A DNA stretch of 64,000 nucleotides from positions 672,001 through 736,000 of the forward strand of contig CAVXWP010000007.1 of the NCBI GenBank assembly GCA_963765495.1. The letters run 5' to 3'. Source of the stretch: Blastocatellia bacterium. Lineage in GTDB: Bacteria > Acidobacteriota > Blastocatellia > UBA7656. The translations under genes and the position numbers were made by a program. Positions 13,904-24,479 of this stretch are shown in pieces (position 1 is the stretch's first letter; every line of letters begins with the position of its first letter). The notes under the pieces were generated by a model. The model was given only the letters and a program-made list of their open reading frames with translations, did no database searches and had not been told where the DNA came from.

Positions 13904-14317
13904 TCAGACGGCATCATAAGGGCTGATGTAAAGCAATTGCTCGTAATCCACAAGCCCAATCCGCAGGTGATCGAGAAAGCCTACCCGACCCACGACGTTT
14001 ACAGGAAAGTTCTCCATCTCGGCAAAATAGACAATGGCCTCCCACTCAATGTCGCTCACGGTCAATGTGACTTCGTGACCGTAGGCGATGAAAGAACCGG
14101 CAGCGGTGCGGATTCTCTCTTTGACGCCTCTTTCCAAATCAAAGCCGAGAAGAAAGGCATACTGGAGCTGGAATATACAGAACTTGCTTCCCGTGTCTAC
14201 TTTGGCCTCGACCGCAATGTGTGTTGAGGTACTGCTTGAAAGAAATATTTCGGCCGTGATCTCATCGTATCTGCCGTAACTCAGGCAGTCAGAGAAAATG
14301 AGGGAGAATGCTTTCAT
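13904..14317 (-). CDS. Retropepsin-like (clan AA) aspartyl protease
   Basis: AKVDTGS catalytic motif and NVVGRVGFLD. Confidence 0.85.
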   Translation of the reverse strand: MKAFSLIFSDCLSYGRYDEITAEIFLSSSTSTHIAVEAKVDTGSKFCIFQLQYAFLLGFDLERGVKERIRTAAGSFIAYGHEVTLTVSDIEWEAIVYFAEMENFPVNVVGRVGFLDHLRIGLVDYEQLLYISPYDAV

Positions 14318-14577
14318 AACCAGCCCATCCAGACCAGCTCTGAATCTTCACTTATGAATTTAACGTAAGGCGTCTGGATACCTTCTCTGCGCGCCTGATT
14401 TACTATGACAGCGACTTCGCTATTGTCGCGGGTATGTCCTATAAGGCGGCCATCTCCCAGCACTACCCACTGGCCGCAATACTCGTGACCGTGTTGAAGT
14501 ATCCATTCCCGCTCTTTGGAAAGATCAACCTTTCCCAGAGCAGATTTGCGTACCTGTGGAAATGTTTTTGCAGTCAT
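14314..14577 (-). CDS. Small DUF5678-like protein
   Basis: EREWI..H..EYCGQWVVLGDGRLIGH pattern; 4-nt overlap with the protease gene. Confidence 0.7.
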   Translation of the reverse strand: MTAKTFPQVRKSALGKVDLSKEREWILQHGHEYCGQWVVLGDGRLIGHTRDNSEVAVIVNQARREGIQTPYVKFISEDSELVWMGWL

Positions 14578-14663
14578 CAGTTTGTTCCTTACCCTGCAAT
14601 GTCGTCATAGCCATTATTTAGGCAACGGCTTAATATTGCAATCGCAGCCTGAAAACGCGACAT

Positions 14664-16808
14664 TCATTTTTTCATCCCCATAAGCGCACGCACGCGCTTC
14701 AGATTTTCTCCCGCTTCCGGGTGCTCGGGATTGATGCGCAGCGCCTCTTCGAAATGCGCCGCTGCCTGCTGGTAGTTTCCTTGAAGCGCAAGCAACTTGC
14801 CTAGATTATTATGCGCGTCGGCATTTTCGGGGTTACTCCGAATCGCTTGCTCGAAATGCGGGCCTGCCTCAGTGAGATTTCCCTCTATTGCCAGCAACTC
14901 TCCGAGGTCGTTATGAGCATCGGTGTTTTCGGGATCGATACGCAAGACCTGCTGAAATTCTGTGGCCGCCTGTTGCAGATTTCCCTCAATCGCAAATACT
15001 CGCGCGAGGTTGTAATGCGCGTTTGCGCTATCAGGATTTAATTGCAAAGATCGCTTAAACTGCGCCTCAGCTTCCTGCATATCGCCTTTTATGGCAAGCG
15101 CGCTGCCTAAATCGTTATAAGCATCTGCGTCGTCGGGTTGGGATTGTAAGACGGCGCGGAAATGAAGAATCGCTTCGTCAGGCTCACCTTTCGCCAGAAG
15201 CAAATTGCCCAGATTGTAATGCGCGTTTGCGTAGCCGGGGCTGATCCGCAAGGCCTGGCGGAACTCGGTAATCGCTTCTTCGGTTCTGCCTTTTGATTGA
15301 AGCGCCGCGGCCAGATTGTTGTGCGCCAGCGCGCTTGCGGGGTCGATTCGCAGAGCTTCTCGAAACTCGGTAATCGCCTCTTCAATCTTGTTTTCGGTCT
15401 CAAGCGCCGCACCAAGATTGAAGTGAGCCGTAAAGTCTCGGGGGTACTTCCTGAGCCTCTGTCGCATCAACGCCTCTTGCAGGATGATCCGCGAATCCGT
15501 CGGTGTGCGTGGCAAGACCTGAATCCACAGATGGGCCATCTCGTCAGTGGATTTATTGCCTGCTGTCACACGCCTCGGAGGATGGTTCGGGTTGCGCACG
15601 TTGTCGGCCGAATTATCATAGGTATACTTCATCGAGAGGATAGTGCCTTTGGGCAAAAAAATCGGTTTCTCGTATCTGTAGACGGCTTGCCAGTTGATAT
15701 CCCAATCTCTGATATGAATGAGCGGTCTCTTTGTACCGTTCGGAAGCGTGGCGAAACCTTGAATGTCTTTGCCAAGATAATGAGCGTGCGGATAGATGCC
15801 GAGCACGTCTACATCTACGGGCAACCGGAAATCGTCCGTGACTGTGAAATCTTTTTTACCTGCGGGAATGTCAAGCGCCCCGTCGTGCTCAAGCTGCAAC
15901 AGCATGGGAAATTTTGTCGGCGGATTGTCGGCAAAATAGAGTCCGATGGCTGGCTGGATGGTTTCCGGTTTGCCGGAAGGCTGCATGTGCATATTTAGGA
16001 TAAGGTCCGTCCCTTTGTCTACGCGCCACGACATGTCTTCGGGTTCGGTGTAAGGCGGCGTGCCCGGCTTCCAGAAAAGAAAATGGCTGTCGGGGTCGAA
16101 TCGGTCCGACTCGATAGTAATATCCATGCCTTCAAACCCGACACCCGGGTCTTTTGCGTCGCGGCTTCTTAAGGTTTGAGACCGATCTATCAGAATGTTG
16201 GCGTGATGGACTATTTTCTTGTTGCCGGGGAGTATTTCAAGGGCTTTAACATAACGCGTTTCAGTCACGGGGATCGGGATGACGAAATTGCGAAACACAT
16301 CTGTGCCGTCGGCGGCGAGTGTGTAGGCTTCCGGCATCTTTATCACCAGATCGGGTTTGCCAAGCTGCCACCCTTCGTTGTATTCCGGCGCGGCTGGAAG
16401 TTCCGAAGGGTCGCCCTCGATGGAGCCCTGATCCACCCACGTCTTAATCAAAGCTATCTGTTGATCGGTGAGCCTGCGCTCGCCTATAAACTTATCCGGT
16501 CCCGGCTCAGGCAGCCACGGCGGCATGTAACGGCTTGCGGTCACGATGGCGATTTGTTTATCGCGCTTCTTTACATCTTGATAGCTGAGCAAGCTGAAAG
16601 GTGCCGACCCGCCCGGGTGATGACATTCGGCGCAACTGGCAAAGATGATTGGAGCAATGTCTTTATTAAAGGTCGGCGCGTCTGGTCCGGTCGAGTCATC
16701 CTGCCTGATTGAAGCTGATTGTGTTTGTCCTGCAAGTGACATAACGCCGGAGATTACGGCGCTTGCGAGAAAAAGACGAAACAGAATGAAGCTGACTTTG
16801 CTGATCAT
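14664..16808 (-). CDS. Cytochrome c motif + copper type II (PHM-like) monooxygenase + TPR protein
   Basis: CAECH; IVHHA, NMHM, YPHAH and DEM match the CuH/CuM ligand set; C-terminal TPR array; ATGA overlap with upstream gene. Confidence 0.85.
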   Translation of the reverse strand: MISKVSFILFRLFLASAVISGVMSLAGQTQSASIRQDDSTGPDAPTFNKDIAPIIFASCAECHHPGGSAPFSLLSYQDVKKRDKQIAIVTASRYMPPWLPEPGPDKFIGERRLTDQQIALIKTWVDQGSIEGDPSELPAAPEYNEGWQLGKPDLVIKMPEAYTLAADGTDVFRNFVIPIPVTETRYVKALEILPGNKKIVHHANILIDRSQTLRSRDAKDPGVGFEGMDITIESDRFDPDSHFLFWKPGTPPYTEPEDMSWRVDKGTDLILNMHMQPSGKPETIQPAIGLYFADNPPTKFPMLLQLEHDGALDIPAGKKDFTVTDDFRLPVDVDVLGIYPHAHYLGKDIQGFATLPNGTKRPLIHIRDWDINWQAVYRYEKPIFLPKGTILSMKYTYDNSADNVRNPNHPPRRVTAGNKSTDEMAHLWIQVLPRTPTDSRIILQEALMRQRLRKYPRDFTAHFNLGAALETENKIEEAITEFREALRIDPASALAHNNLAAALQSKGRTEEAITEFRQALRISPGYANAHYNLGNLLLAKGEPDEAILHFRAVLQSQPDDADAYNDLGSALAIKGDMQEAEAQFKRSLQLNPDSANAHYNLARVFAIEGNLQQAATEFQQVLRIDPENTDAHNDLGELLAIEGNLTEAGPHFEQAIRSNPENADAHNNLGKLLALQGNYQQAAAHFEEALRINPEHPEAGENLKRVRALMGMKK

Positions 16809-17533
16809 TGCAGATCCGGGATAAAGCAACCGATGGCGGTGGTTGTTACGTTTGTGATTGGTTTGCCGTCTGCTATCGCCTGCAAGACCTGCTCAAGATC
16901 GCGTGTCGTAGGCGCGGGCCTCGCCTTGCCGAAATCTACGAAGCGGTCGTCGATCCTCCCTCTATAAACCATTCGCACGCTCTCTTTTTCAGGCACGAAC
17001 ACGGCGGCCTCCGGCGTTACCTGAACCCCCGTCAGCTTAACAAGATCGTGCTTTACATCGCGCAGAACGCTGAAATTGTATTGATACTCTTTTGTGTGTC
17101 TGCGAATGATTTGAGGTGTTTCGTCCGGGTCAGGATAGACCAGCCAGAATTTTATATCGCTGGAAGCGAATTTTTCCTTCAGTCTTCGAAGCTCAGGCGC
17201 ATAGCGATTCGAGATGGGGCAATCCGAGCGGATAAATAGAAAGACAACGGCCCTGGCATCCATCGTCTTGAGAGGCTCGATTTGTCGCCCGTTGAGATCG
17301 AGCAGATGCAATTGCGCGGTTGGATTGTCGATGCCGTTTCCTGCCGATGCTACAATCAAGACGGCTGATGCTGCCAGCACGAGTCGCCTGATCCATTTTC
17401 CGCTTAACACTTTGGTGCTCCTGTGTAATCCCCTGTGGGGTTGTGTTGTGCGGGCAAAATTATACACCAACTGTGCAAACTCCCCGAAGACCTGATTTGC
17501 GCTCCTTTCAGATAGGTATAAAGGCAGGGGCAT
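16805..17533 (-). CDS. Redoxin/AhpC-TSA family thioredoxin-fold protein
   Basis: FLFIRSDCPISNRYAP, VTPEAAV, YRGRIDD, TTAIGCFI; true start probably downstream (about 17416). Confidence 0.85.
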   Translation of the reverse strand: MPLPLYLSERSANQVFGEFAQLVYNFARTTQPHRGLHRSTKVLSGKWIRRLVLAASAVLIVASAGNGIDNPTAQLHLLDLNGRQIEPLKTMDARAVVFLFIRSDCPISNRYAPELRRLKEKFASSDIKFWLVYPDPDETPQIIRRHTKEYQYNFSVLRDVKHDLVKLTGVQVTPEAAVFVPEKESVRMVYRGRIDDRFVDFGKARPAPTTRDLEQVLQAIADGKPITNVTTTAIGCFIPDLQ

Positions 17534-17566
17534 TTAGCATTTCAAAATGTTGCATAAGGGATTTGA

Positions 17567-17608
17567 AATAGGCCACGGATGACGCGGATGCGGCGGATTT
17601 ACGCGGAT
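17567..17608. repeat. Dispersed repeat of CGCGGAT-type 9-mers
   Basis: 42 nt is the reverse complement of 54061-54102 with 2 mismatches. Confidence 0.85.
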
Positions 17609-17768
17609 CTGAACCTGATATGATCTGATCCGAGTAAATTTCCGCCTATTGCCCGCAAGTCAAAAACTACTGCCCCGACTTATGCGGTCGCGTGGAGATG
17701 TGATAGAAAGTATGACGCTTTTGGAATCGGAATTTTCTTGTCAGCTTGGATTCTAATCGAGGTCGAAT

Positions 17769-19010
17769 ATGAACAAGAGCATTCGCTGGCGTCTGTCTGT
17801 GATGATGTTTCTGGAATATATGGTTTGGGGAGCGTGGTCTCCGGTGCTCTCAATCTACCTGGGAGATCGCGGTTTTACCGGCATTCAAATAGGGGTTATC
17901 TACAGTTTGTTGCCGCTCGGCTGTATGATTGCGCCTATAATCGGCGGACAGGTAGCCGACCGTTACATTGCGACTGAAAAACTGCTTGCCGGGCTTCATT
18001 TCGCAGGCGGTCTGTTGCTCTGCGGGATGGCTACGATGACCTCTTACGAACGCCTGCTGCCTATGATGTTAGTCTGGTCGCTCGTCTACGCGCCGACGCT
18101 TGCGCTTACGAATTCCATCACGTTTCATCATCTGCCGGATGCGGAAAAGAGATTCGGACTCGTTCGCGTATTCGGCACGCTTGGCTGGATAGCCGTAGGC
18201 CTTTTGCTGACGGCGCTCAGAAAGATGTGGCCTGAAACGCAAGGTCTGCCGGGGTTGGGCGGAGCCGACAGCCTCTGGCTTGGAGGGTTTCTCTCGCTTG
18301 CGCTTGCCCTGTTCTGTCTTGCGCTGCCGGCAACGCCGCCTGCTCGCGCGGGCAGGAGTCCGTGGGCCTTTCTTTCGGCCTTCAAGCTGATGCGTGATCC
18401 ATCATTCGCTCTGTTTATAATCATCGCCTTCATAGTCTCGACCGAGTTGATGTTTTACTACGTGCTGACAGGCCCGTTTCTGCAAACGATAGGGATTGAG
18501 CCGGACAACGTCCCGGCTGTGATGACCGTCGCGCAGATTGCCGAGATAGGCACTATGCTCGCGCTCCCGTGGATGCTTGATCGATGGGGCATTCGCAAAA
18601 CGATGGCGCTCGGCATAATAGCGTGGCCCCTTCGTTACGCCATATTCGCCTACGGCGAGCCGACCGGCCTGGTCGTTGCCGCGCTTACGCTTCACGGTCT
18701 CTGTTATGTCTGCTTTCTCGTAGTCTCGTTCATCTATGTCAATTCGGCCGCCGCGCCTGACATCCGCGCTTCGGCTCAAGGTTTTGTCACTTTTGTCACT
18801 CTCGGAGCGGGTTTGTATTTCGGTTCGCTTTTCGCCGGGTGGATCAAAGATTACTTCACAACGGGTGTTGCTCCTGATCAAACGGTCAATTACACTAACG
18901 TCTTTCTCGTACCCTGCGCTCTTACAGTTGTTTGCGCGCTCGCTTTTTTCCTGTGGTTCAAAGAGAAAAAGCAGATTTCGCAGAAAGGTTATAAGGCTCA
19001 GGCAGGTTGA
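17769..19010 (+). CDS. MFS nucleoside:H+ symporter family transporter (NupG/XapB-like)
   Basis: LSVMMFLEYMVWGAW, GQVADRY, YAPTLALTNS, RVFGTLGWI, LHGLCY. Confidence 0.9.
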   Translation: MNKSIRWRLSVMMFLEYMVWGAWSPVLSIYLGDRGFTGIQIGVIYSLLPLGCMIAPIIGGQVADRYIATEKLLAGLHFAGGLLLCGMATMTSYERLLPMMLVWSLVYAPTLALTNSITFHHLPDAEKRFGLVRVFGTLGWIAVGLLLTALRKMWPETQGLPGLGGADSLWLGGFLSLALALFCLALPATPPARAGRSPWAFLSAFKLMRDPSFALFIIIAFIVSTELMFYYVLTGPFLQTIGIEPDNVPAVMTVAQIAEIGTMLALPWMLDRWGIRKTMALGIIAWPLRYAIFAYGEPTGLVVAALTLHGLCYVCFLVVSFIYVNSAAAPDIRASAQGFVTFVTLGAGLYFGSLFAGWIKDYFTTGVAPDQTVNYTNVFLVPCALTVVCALAFFLWFKEKKQISQKGYKAQAG

Positions 19011-19027
19011 GAAAGGAGGCGACTCGG

Positions 19028-20272
19028 ATGAGCGAGAAAAAGAGGCTTGGAATAGGTTTTATCGGCAGCGGATTTATAACACGTTTTCACATTCAGTCGT
19101 GGGTCGGCGTGCGGGACGCCGACGTTCTGGGCATTTGGAGCCCCCAAAGCGAGCATCGAGAAGATACGGCGGCGCTTGCGCGGTCTCTCAGAGTAGGCGA
19201 AGCGCGGGCATTCTCTTCGATTGAAGAGATGGTAGCCGCGCCCGAAATTGATTGCATATGGTTGTGCGGGCCCAATCATCTGCGGATCGAGAATATGGAA
19301 GAGATTCTCCAGACGCTCGAATCAGGCAGAGGGGAATTGGTCGCCGTAGCCTGCGAGAAGCCGCTCGCCCGCAATGTAGCCGAGGCGAACCGCATGGTCG
19401 AGATGATCGAGCGGGCGGGCTTGCTGCACGGTTATCTGGAAGATCAGTTGTATTCGCCGGGAGTTGCGCGAGGCAAACATATTATCTGGACAAGGGCGGC
19501 ATCGCTCACGGGGCGTCCTTATCTGGCCCGCGCCGCCGAAGAGCACTCGGGTCCGCACATGCCGTGGTTCTGGCAAGGAGAACTCGCAGGCGGCGGCGTG
19601 CTCAACGATATGATGTGTCACAGCGTAGAAGTAGGGCGGCATTTGCTGACCGAGCCGGGCGCGCCTCGCAGTAGCATTCGCCCGACAAAAGTGTCGGCGC
19701 AGGTTGCCTGCCTTAAATGGTCGCGCCCCGAATACGCGGAGAAACTCAGGCAGATGATGGGGCCTGATGTTGATTACACGAGCCGTCCCTCCGAAGATTT
19801 CGCCCGCGCGACGATCAATTATGTAGACGGCAAAGGCGCGCCTCTGATGGTCGAAGCCACTACTTCATGGAGCTACGTCGGGCCGGGGCTGCGGTTGAGC
19901 ATGGAACTGTTGGGACCGGAATACTCGATGGCGCTGAATTCGCTCGACAGCGGGGTCAGGCTTTTCCTGAGCCGCGAGGTAAATGGCGCGGCGGGCGAAG
20001 ACCTCGTGGAAAAGCAGAATGCCGAGCAGGGGCTTATGCCTGTAATCGGCAATGAAGTTTCCGAATACGGCTACGAGGCTGAGAACCGCTACTTCGTCGA
20101 GCAATTCTTGAGCGGCAGGCAGCCCGAAGAGGACTTTCACGCCGGGCTTGAGGTGATGGAGCTTTTGATGACGGCTTATATGAGCGCCGAGCAGGGACGC
20201 GTTATAGATTTCAGACCCGAAGGGCTTGACGAGTTTGTTCCTCAGGTCGCGCGCGGCCTGTGGAAGCCTTGA
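19028..20272 (+). CDS. Gfo/Idh/MocA family oxidoreductase
   Basis: IGFIGSGFI, ACEKPLA, GGGVLNDMMCH; AAAGGAGG RBS. Confidence 0.9.
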   Translation: MSEKKRLGIGFIGSGFITRFHIQSWVGVRDADVLGIWSPQSEHREDTAALARSLRVGEARAFSSIEEMVAAPEIDCIWLCGPNHLRIENMEEILQTLESGRGELVAVACEKPLARNVAEANRMVEMIERAGLLHGYLEDQLYSPGVARGKHIIWTRAASLTGRPYLARAAEEHSGPHMPWFWQGELAGGGVLNDMMCHSVEVGRHLLTEPGAPRSSIRPTKVSAQVACLKWSRPEYAEKLRQMMGPDVDYTSRPSEDFARATINYVDGKGAPLMVEATTSWSYVGPGLRLSMELLGPEYSMALNSLDSGVRLFLSREVNGAAGEDLVEKQNAEQGLMPVIGNEVSEYGYEAENRYFVEQFLSGRQPEEDFHAGLEVMELLMTAYMSAEQGRVIDFRPEGLDEFVPQVARGLWKP

Positions 20273-20511
20273 GCCGCAGGATTATTCTGGTTTTCAAAAT
20301 ATAGATTAGGAAAATGGGAATTGGCCGCGGATGAGGCGGCCTATTGTTTCTTACCTTACTTTGAACCTTCTTGTTGATTCATTCGGGCCTGTCTTGTAGG
20401 CTTGATTCAAATATCCCCAGGTATCCACATCTTTGGTTGCGAACCTTCCTGAAAGGCCGGTTGTACGGCAATCGGCAGGCGTGATAAGTTGAAGCTTCGC
20501 AGAGGTGTTTT

Positions 20512-21183
20512 ATGAGCTTAAGCAAACGCGACAAGGTGGCGACCATCTATTACCCCGAATCGGATGGCAAACCAATGGGCGAGACCGATTTCCATATAGA
20601 TTTGATAGCCGATCTGCGTTTTTCCTTAAGAGCCTTTTTTCGCAATAGGTCTGATGTCTATGTTGCCAGCAACCTTTTGCTCTACTACGTCGAAGGTAAT
20701 CCCCGCAAATTCATTGTGCCCGATGTTTTCATGGTGCGTGGCGTAGGTAAAGAGCGGCGGCGGATTTACAAGCTCTGGGAGGAAGGTCACTCACCCAATG
20801 TAGTGTTCGAGATATCCTCGCGCCAGACCTGGCGCGAAGACCTGCAAAAAAAATGGCATCTGTATCAGAAATTGGGTGTGGAGGAATATTTCGTTTTCGA
20901 TCCTGAGTATGACTACTTGATCGAACCTCTCGTCGCGTACAGATTGAAAGACGGCGAGTATGTAAAGCTAAAAGTAAGAGACGGGCGAGTACGAAGCAAA
21001 GAGTTGGGATTGGATCTCGTAGACACAGGCGAGACGTTGCGCTTGTTTGATCCGAAAAAGGGACGTTTTTTGCCAACCCCCGACGAAGAAGCAGATGCGC
21101 TACGGCGAAGCGAAGCCGAAGTGCTTCGATTGCAGAAAGAGATCGAGAGTCTGCGAAAAAGCATTTCGTCTGAATCAAAATAA
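20512..21183 (+). CDS. Uma2 family endonuclease-like protein
   Basis: YPESDGKPMGET, VPDVF, VVFEISS, LGVEEYFVFDP. Confidence 0.92.
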   Translation: MSLSKRDKVATIYYPESDGKPMGETDFHIDLIADLRFSLRAFFRNRSDVYVASNLLLYYVEGNPRKFIVPDVFMVRGVGKERRRIYKLWEEGHSPNVVFEISSRQTWREDLQKKWHLYQKLGVEEYFVFDPEYDYLIEPLVAYRLKDGEYVKLKVRDGRVRSKELGLDLVDTGETLRLFDPKKGRFLPTPDEEADALRRSEAEVLRLQKEIESLRKSISSESK

Positions 21184-21205
21184 ACCGAGGAAGAATTATT
21201 AGATA

Positions 21206-22891
21206 ATGAGCAGCGCACCAAACAAAATCATCTACTCTATGATCGGAGTCGGCAAATACTACGACAAGAAGCCCGTGCTCAAAGACATCTATCTATCTTA
21301 TTTTTACGGCGCGAAGATAGGCGTCATCGGGCTAAACGGGTCGGGCAAAAGCTCTCTGCTCAGGATACTGGCGGGCGTGGACAAAGAGTTTGTCGGCGAA
21401 ACGGTCATAGCTCCGGGCCACACAACGGGCTTTCTCGAACAGGAGCCGCAACTCGACAACTCTAGAACCGTTCGCGAGATCGTCGAAGAAGGCGTACAGG
21501 AAACCGTGGACCTGCTCAGAGAGTATGACCGGATCAACGAGAAGTTTGCCGAGCCGATGACAGACGACGAGATGACGGACCTGCTGGAAAAACAGGGGGC
21601 CGTGCAGGAGCGTCTGGATGCGCTTGATGCCTGGGACCTCGACAGCCGGCTTGAGATGGCTATGGACGCGCTTCGCTGCCCGGCAGGCGACACTCAGGTG
21701 AATATCCTTTCCGGCGGCGAGCGGCGGCGTGTGGCCCTTTGCCGATTGCTGCTCAAGCAGCCCGATATTCTGCTTCTCGACGAGCCTACGAATCACCTCG
21801 ACGCCGAATCGGTGGCGTGGCTCGAACAGCATCTTCAAAAGTACCCCGGCACGGTCATAGCCGTGACTCACGACCGCTACTTTCTCGATAATGTGGCCGG
21901 ATGGATTCTGGAACTCGATCAGGGCCGGGGCATTCCGTGGGAGGGCAATTATTCTTCGTGGCTTGAGCAGAAACAGGCGCGGCTTGCGCACGAAGAAAAA
22001 TCGGAAAGCGAGCGCCAGAAGACTCTCGAACGCGAGCTTGAATGGATACGAATGTCGCCAAAGGGGCGGCAGGCGAAATCCAAGGCGCGTATCAAATCTT
22101 ACGAATCGCTGCTTGCGCAGGAGAGCGAGAAGCGCGCCCGTGATCTTGAAATCTACATCCCTCCCGGCCCCCGGCTCGGCAACGTCGTGATCGAGGCCAG
22201 AGGGGTGAAGAAAGCTTACGGCGACAGGCTTCTTGTTGATGAGATGTCGTTTCAGTTACCGCCGGGGGGACTGGTCGGCGTGATAGGGCCAAACGGCGCG
22301 GGCAAGACCACGCTGTTCAGGATGATTACGGGGCAGGAAACCCCGGACGACGGCTCGATTCGGGTCGGCGAGACTGTAAAGCTTGCCTATGTAGATCAGA
22401 GCCGGGACGCGCTTGATCAAAACAAGACCATCTGGGAAGAGATTTCAGACGGCAGTGATTTCATAGAGCTTGGGAAGCGGCAGGTCAATTCGCGCGCCTA
22501 CGTCGCGAGGTTCAATTTTTCAGGCTCGGATCAGCAAAAGAGGGTTGGAATGATTTCCGGCGGCGAAAGAAACCGCGTCCATCTGGCGAAGATGCTCAAG
22601 GAAGGCGCGAATGTGCTCTTGCTTGATGAGCCTACGAATGACCTCGACGTAAACACGATGCGTGCGCTTGAAGAGGCGCTCGAAAACTTTGCCGGGTGCG
22701 CCGTCATCATCACACACGATCGGTGGTTTCTTGACCGCATAGCCACTCACATACTGGCATTCGAAGGTGAGAGCCGCGTAGTCTGGTTTGAGGGCAACTA
22801 TTCCGATTACGAAGCGGACCGCCGGGCGAGACTGGGTGAAGCGGCCGATCAGCCGCACAGAATCAAGTATCGCCATTTGACCCGCGACTGA
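21206..22891 (+). CDS. ettA: Energy-dependent translational throttle ABC-F ATPase
   Basis: Two ABC domains; [47 protein letters not shown]. Confidence 0.95.
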   Translation: MSSAPNKIIYSMIGVGKYYDKKPVLKDIYLSYFYGAKIGVIGLNGSGKSSLLRILAGVDKEFVGETVIAPGHTTGFLEQEPQLDNSRTVREIVEEGVQETVDLLREYDRINEKFAEPMTDDEMTDLLEKQGAVQERLDALDAWDLDSRLEMAMDALRCPAGDTQVNILSGGERRRVALCRLLLKQPDILLLDEPTNHLDAESVAWLEQHLQKYPGTVIAVTHDRYFLDNVAGWILELDQGRGIPWEGNYSSWLEQKQARLAHEEKSESERQKTLERELEWIRMSPKGRQAKSKARIKSYESLLAQESEKRARDLEIYIPPGPRLGNVVIEARGVKKAYGDRLLVDEMSFQLPPGGLVGVIGPNGAGKTTLFRMITGQETPDDGSIRVGETVKLAYVDQSRDALDQNKTIWEEISDGSDFIELGKRQVNSRAYVARFNFSGSDQQKRVGMISGGERNRVHLAKMLKEGANVLLLDEPTNDLDVNTMRALEEALENFAGCAVIITHDRWFLDRIATHILAFEGESRVVWFEGNYSDYEADRRARLGEAADQPHRIKYRHLTRD

Positions 22892-22906
22892 ACTTGAGGA
22901 GGCGAG

Positions 22907-23419
22907 ATGAAACCTATAATCTTTCTACCAGCGATTCTATCGCTAATTTTTTTATTCGCCTGCCGACAGGTAGAGACTCCGAGTCGGGATTCTGAGGCAG
23001 GCGCGAAGAGAGGATCAAGGATGACAGACAAGGTTGTCAAATCGGATAAGGAATGGCGCGAGCAACTTACGCCCGAGCAGTACCACGTAACAAGAGAGAA
23101 GGGAACCGAGCGCGCCTTTACTGGCGAATACTATGACCTGCACGATAAAGGCATATACAGATGCGTTGCCTGCGGTCAGGAACTCTTCAGTTCAGATACG
23201 AAGTTCGATTCAGGCACCGGATGGCCGAGCTTTTACGCGCCTATAGACAAGGATGCCGTAGAAGAGGAAACCGATACGACTTACGGCATGAGGCGAACCG
23301 AGGTGTTATGCAGCCGGTGTGAATCGCATCTCGGACACGTATTCGATGACGGACCCGCCCCGACACATCTTCGTTATTGCATGAATTCAGCCGCCCTCAA
23401 GTTTGAAAAAAAACCGTGA
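22907..23419 (+). CDS. msrB: Peptide-methionine (R)-S-oxide reductase with lipoprotein-like signal
   Basis: [35 protein letters not shown]; FAC lipobox-like N-terminus. Confidence 0.96.
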   Translation: MKPIIFLPAILSLIFLFACRQVETPSRDSEAGAKRGSRMTDKVVKSDKEWREQLTPEQYHVTREKGTERAFTGEYYDLHDKGIYRCVACGQELFSSDTKFDSGTGWPSFYAPIDKDAVEEETDTTYGMRRTEVLCSRCESHLGHVFDDGPAPTHLRYCMNSAALKFEKKP

Positions 23420-23423
23420 AGAA

Positions 23424-23569
23424 GGGGGCCGGGGATCAGGGGCCGGGGGTCGGTGTTATTGAAATCATCGCTGACCTGCCTAAATCTGTTTTATCATCGC
23501 CCGCTCCGGGCGATTACCCTGATGTCAGCCAAACAGGCCCCGGCCCCCTGCCTCTGCCCCCCGGCCCCC
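23424..23569. repeat. Heptamer (GGGGCCG/CGGCCCC) inverted-repeat element
   Basis: GGGGGCCGGGGATCAGGGGCCGGGGGTCGG...CCCGGCCCCCTG...CCCCCGGCCCCC just after the msrB stop. Confidence 0.8.
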
Positions 23570-23637
23570 ATCATAAAAACTCTGGTTACAACTCAAAATA
23601 CATGCTCTTATACCAATTGTAAGCGGCCTCTTCTTGA

Positions 23638-23722
23638 AGTTTTGAGTTTTGAATTTTGAGTTTTGAATTTGTACTGAAATCCGAAGATCATAACTTAAAA
23701 CTCAAATTCAAAACTCAAAACT
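23638..23722. repeat. Heptamer (TTTTGAG/TTTTGAA) inverted-repeat element
   Basis: AGTTTTGAGTTTTGAATTTTGAGTTTTGAATT...AACTTAAAACTCAAATTCAAAACTCAAAACT. Confidence 0.9.
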
Positions 23723-23898
23723 TTAAAAAGGCCCTGACGGTATGGTACTTGCCTCAAGCATATATCGTTGCTTGTATTGCCCCTCGATTATCACGCTAAT
23801 TTCCTGATCGCTTGCCTCCATAAAACGGGATTTCCCCGGATTAAAGCGAATTTACAGGGCAGTAATTGAACGTAAGTTTCTGCCTTATCTGTTACATT

Positions 23899-24417
23899 AT
23901 GTTTCGACCAGAAAATATTTCATCATTTTATACTCGGCGAGAAACCAGAGCGCGCGGCTTCACGATGGTAGAGATGGCCGTCATCCTGCTGGTCATAGCA
24001 ATCATCGCCGCGTTCGCAATACCGCAGGTCGTGACCTATATACGCCTCTACAAAACGGGCGTGGCGGCTCGCAACGTAGCGACTGCTTTGCAGCGCGCCC
24101 GCTTTCTTGCGACATCCAACAACACCCGTGCAGGCGTCGCCATCAACGAGACTCAGCGTGTAGATATACAGCAATTTGATCCGGCCGGTCTTGCCGAACC
24201 TCAAAACAAAGGCATCGTTCTGTTGCCGCAAGGAATAAGTATCTCTTCGGATGCTCCCAAAGAAATAGCCTTTGACGGGCGGGGTGTGGTGACGCCTCTT
24301 CCTAAGGAAAGCCCCGCGATACGAGTCAACGGGCCAAATGGTTATTACATCATCGTCACTGTGTCGCCTACGGGGCAGGTCACGCTTTCAGACGTGAAGA
24401 ATCAGGATGATGCTTAG
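23899..24417 (+). CDS. Type IV minor pilin/pseudopilin, FimT/GspH-like
   Basis: Class III signal RG|FTMVEMAV; LQRARFLA and IAFDGRG motifs; start uncertain. Confidence 0.85.
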   Translation: MFRPENISSFYTRRETRARGFTMVEMAVILLVIAIIAAFAIPQVVTYIRLYKTGVAARNVATALQRARFLATSNNTRAGVAINETQRVDIQQFDPAGLAEPQNKGIVLLPQGISISSDAPKEIAFDGRGVVTPLPKESPAIRVNGPNGYYIIVTVSPTGQVTLSDVKNQDDA

Positions 24418-24479
24418 CATTTGTCCGTCGGCTGTTGTTGAAATTTATTGCAGCGGACAAAGCAGTAGAAGAGAAAAAT

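Noticed and set aside
12200-14660. Complete DGR cassette (RT, template repeat, Avd)
   Set aside because: No reverse transcriptase motifs or AAC-rich template repeat were seen in the window; only the target side is supported
20512-21183. Uma2 nuclease as a defence system
   Set aside because: Common multicopy family with no methylase or defence partner adjacent
23416-23659. ORFs 23416-23622 and 23453-23659
   Set aside because: They read through heptamer repeats and give low-complexity translations
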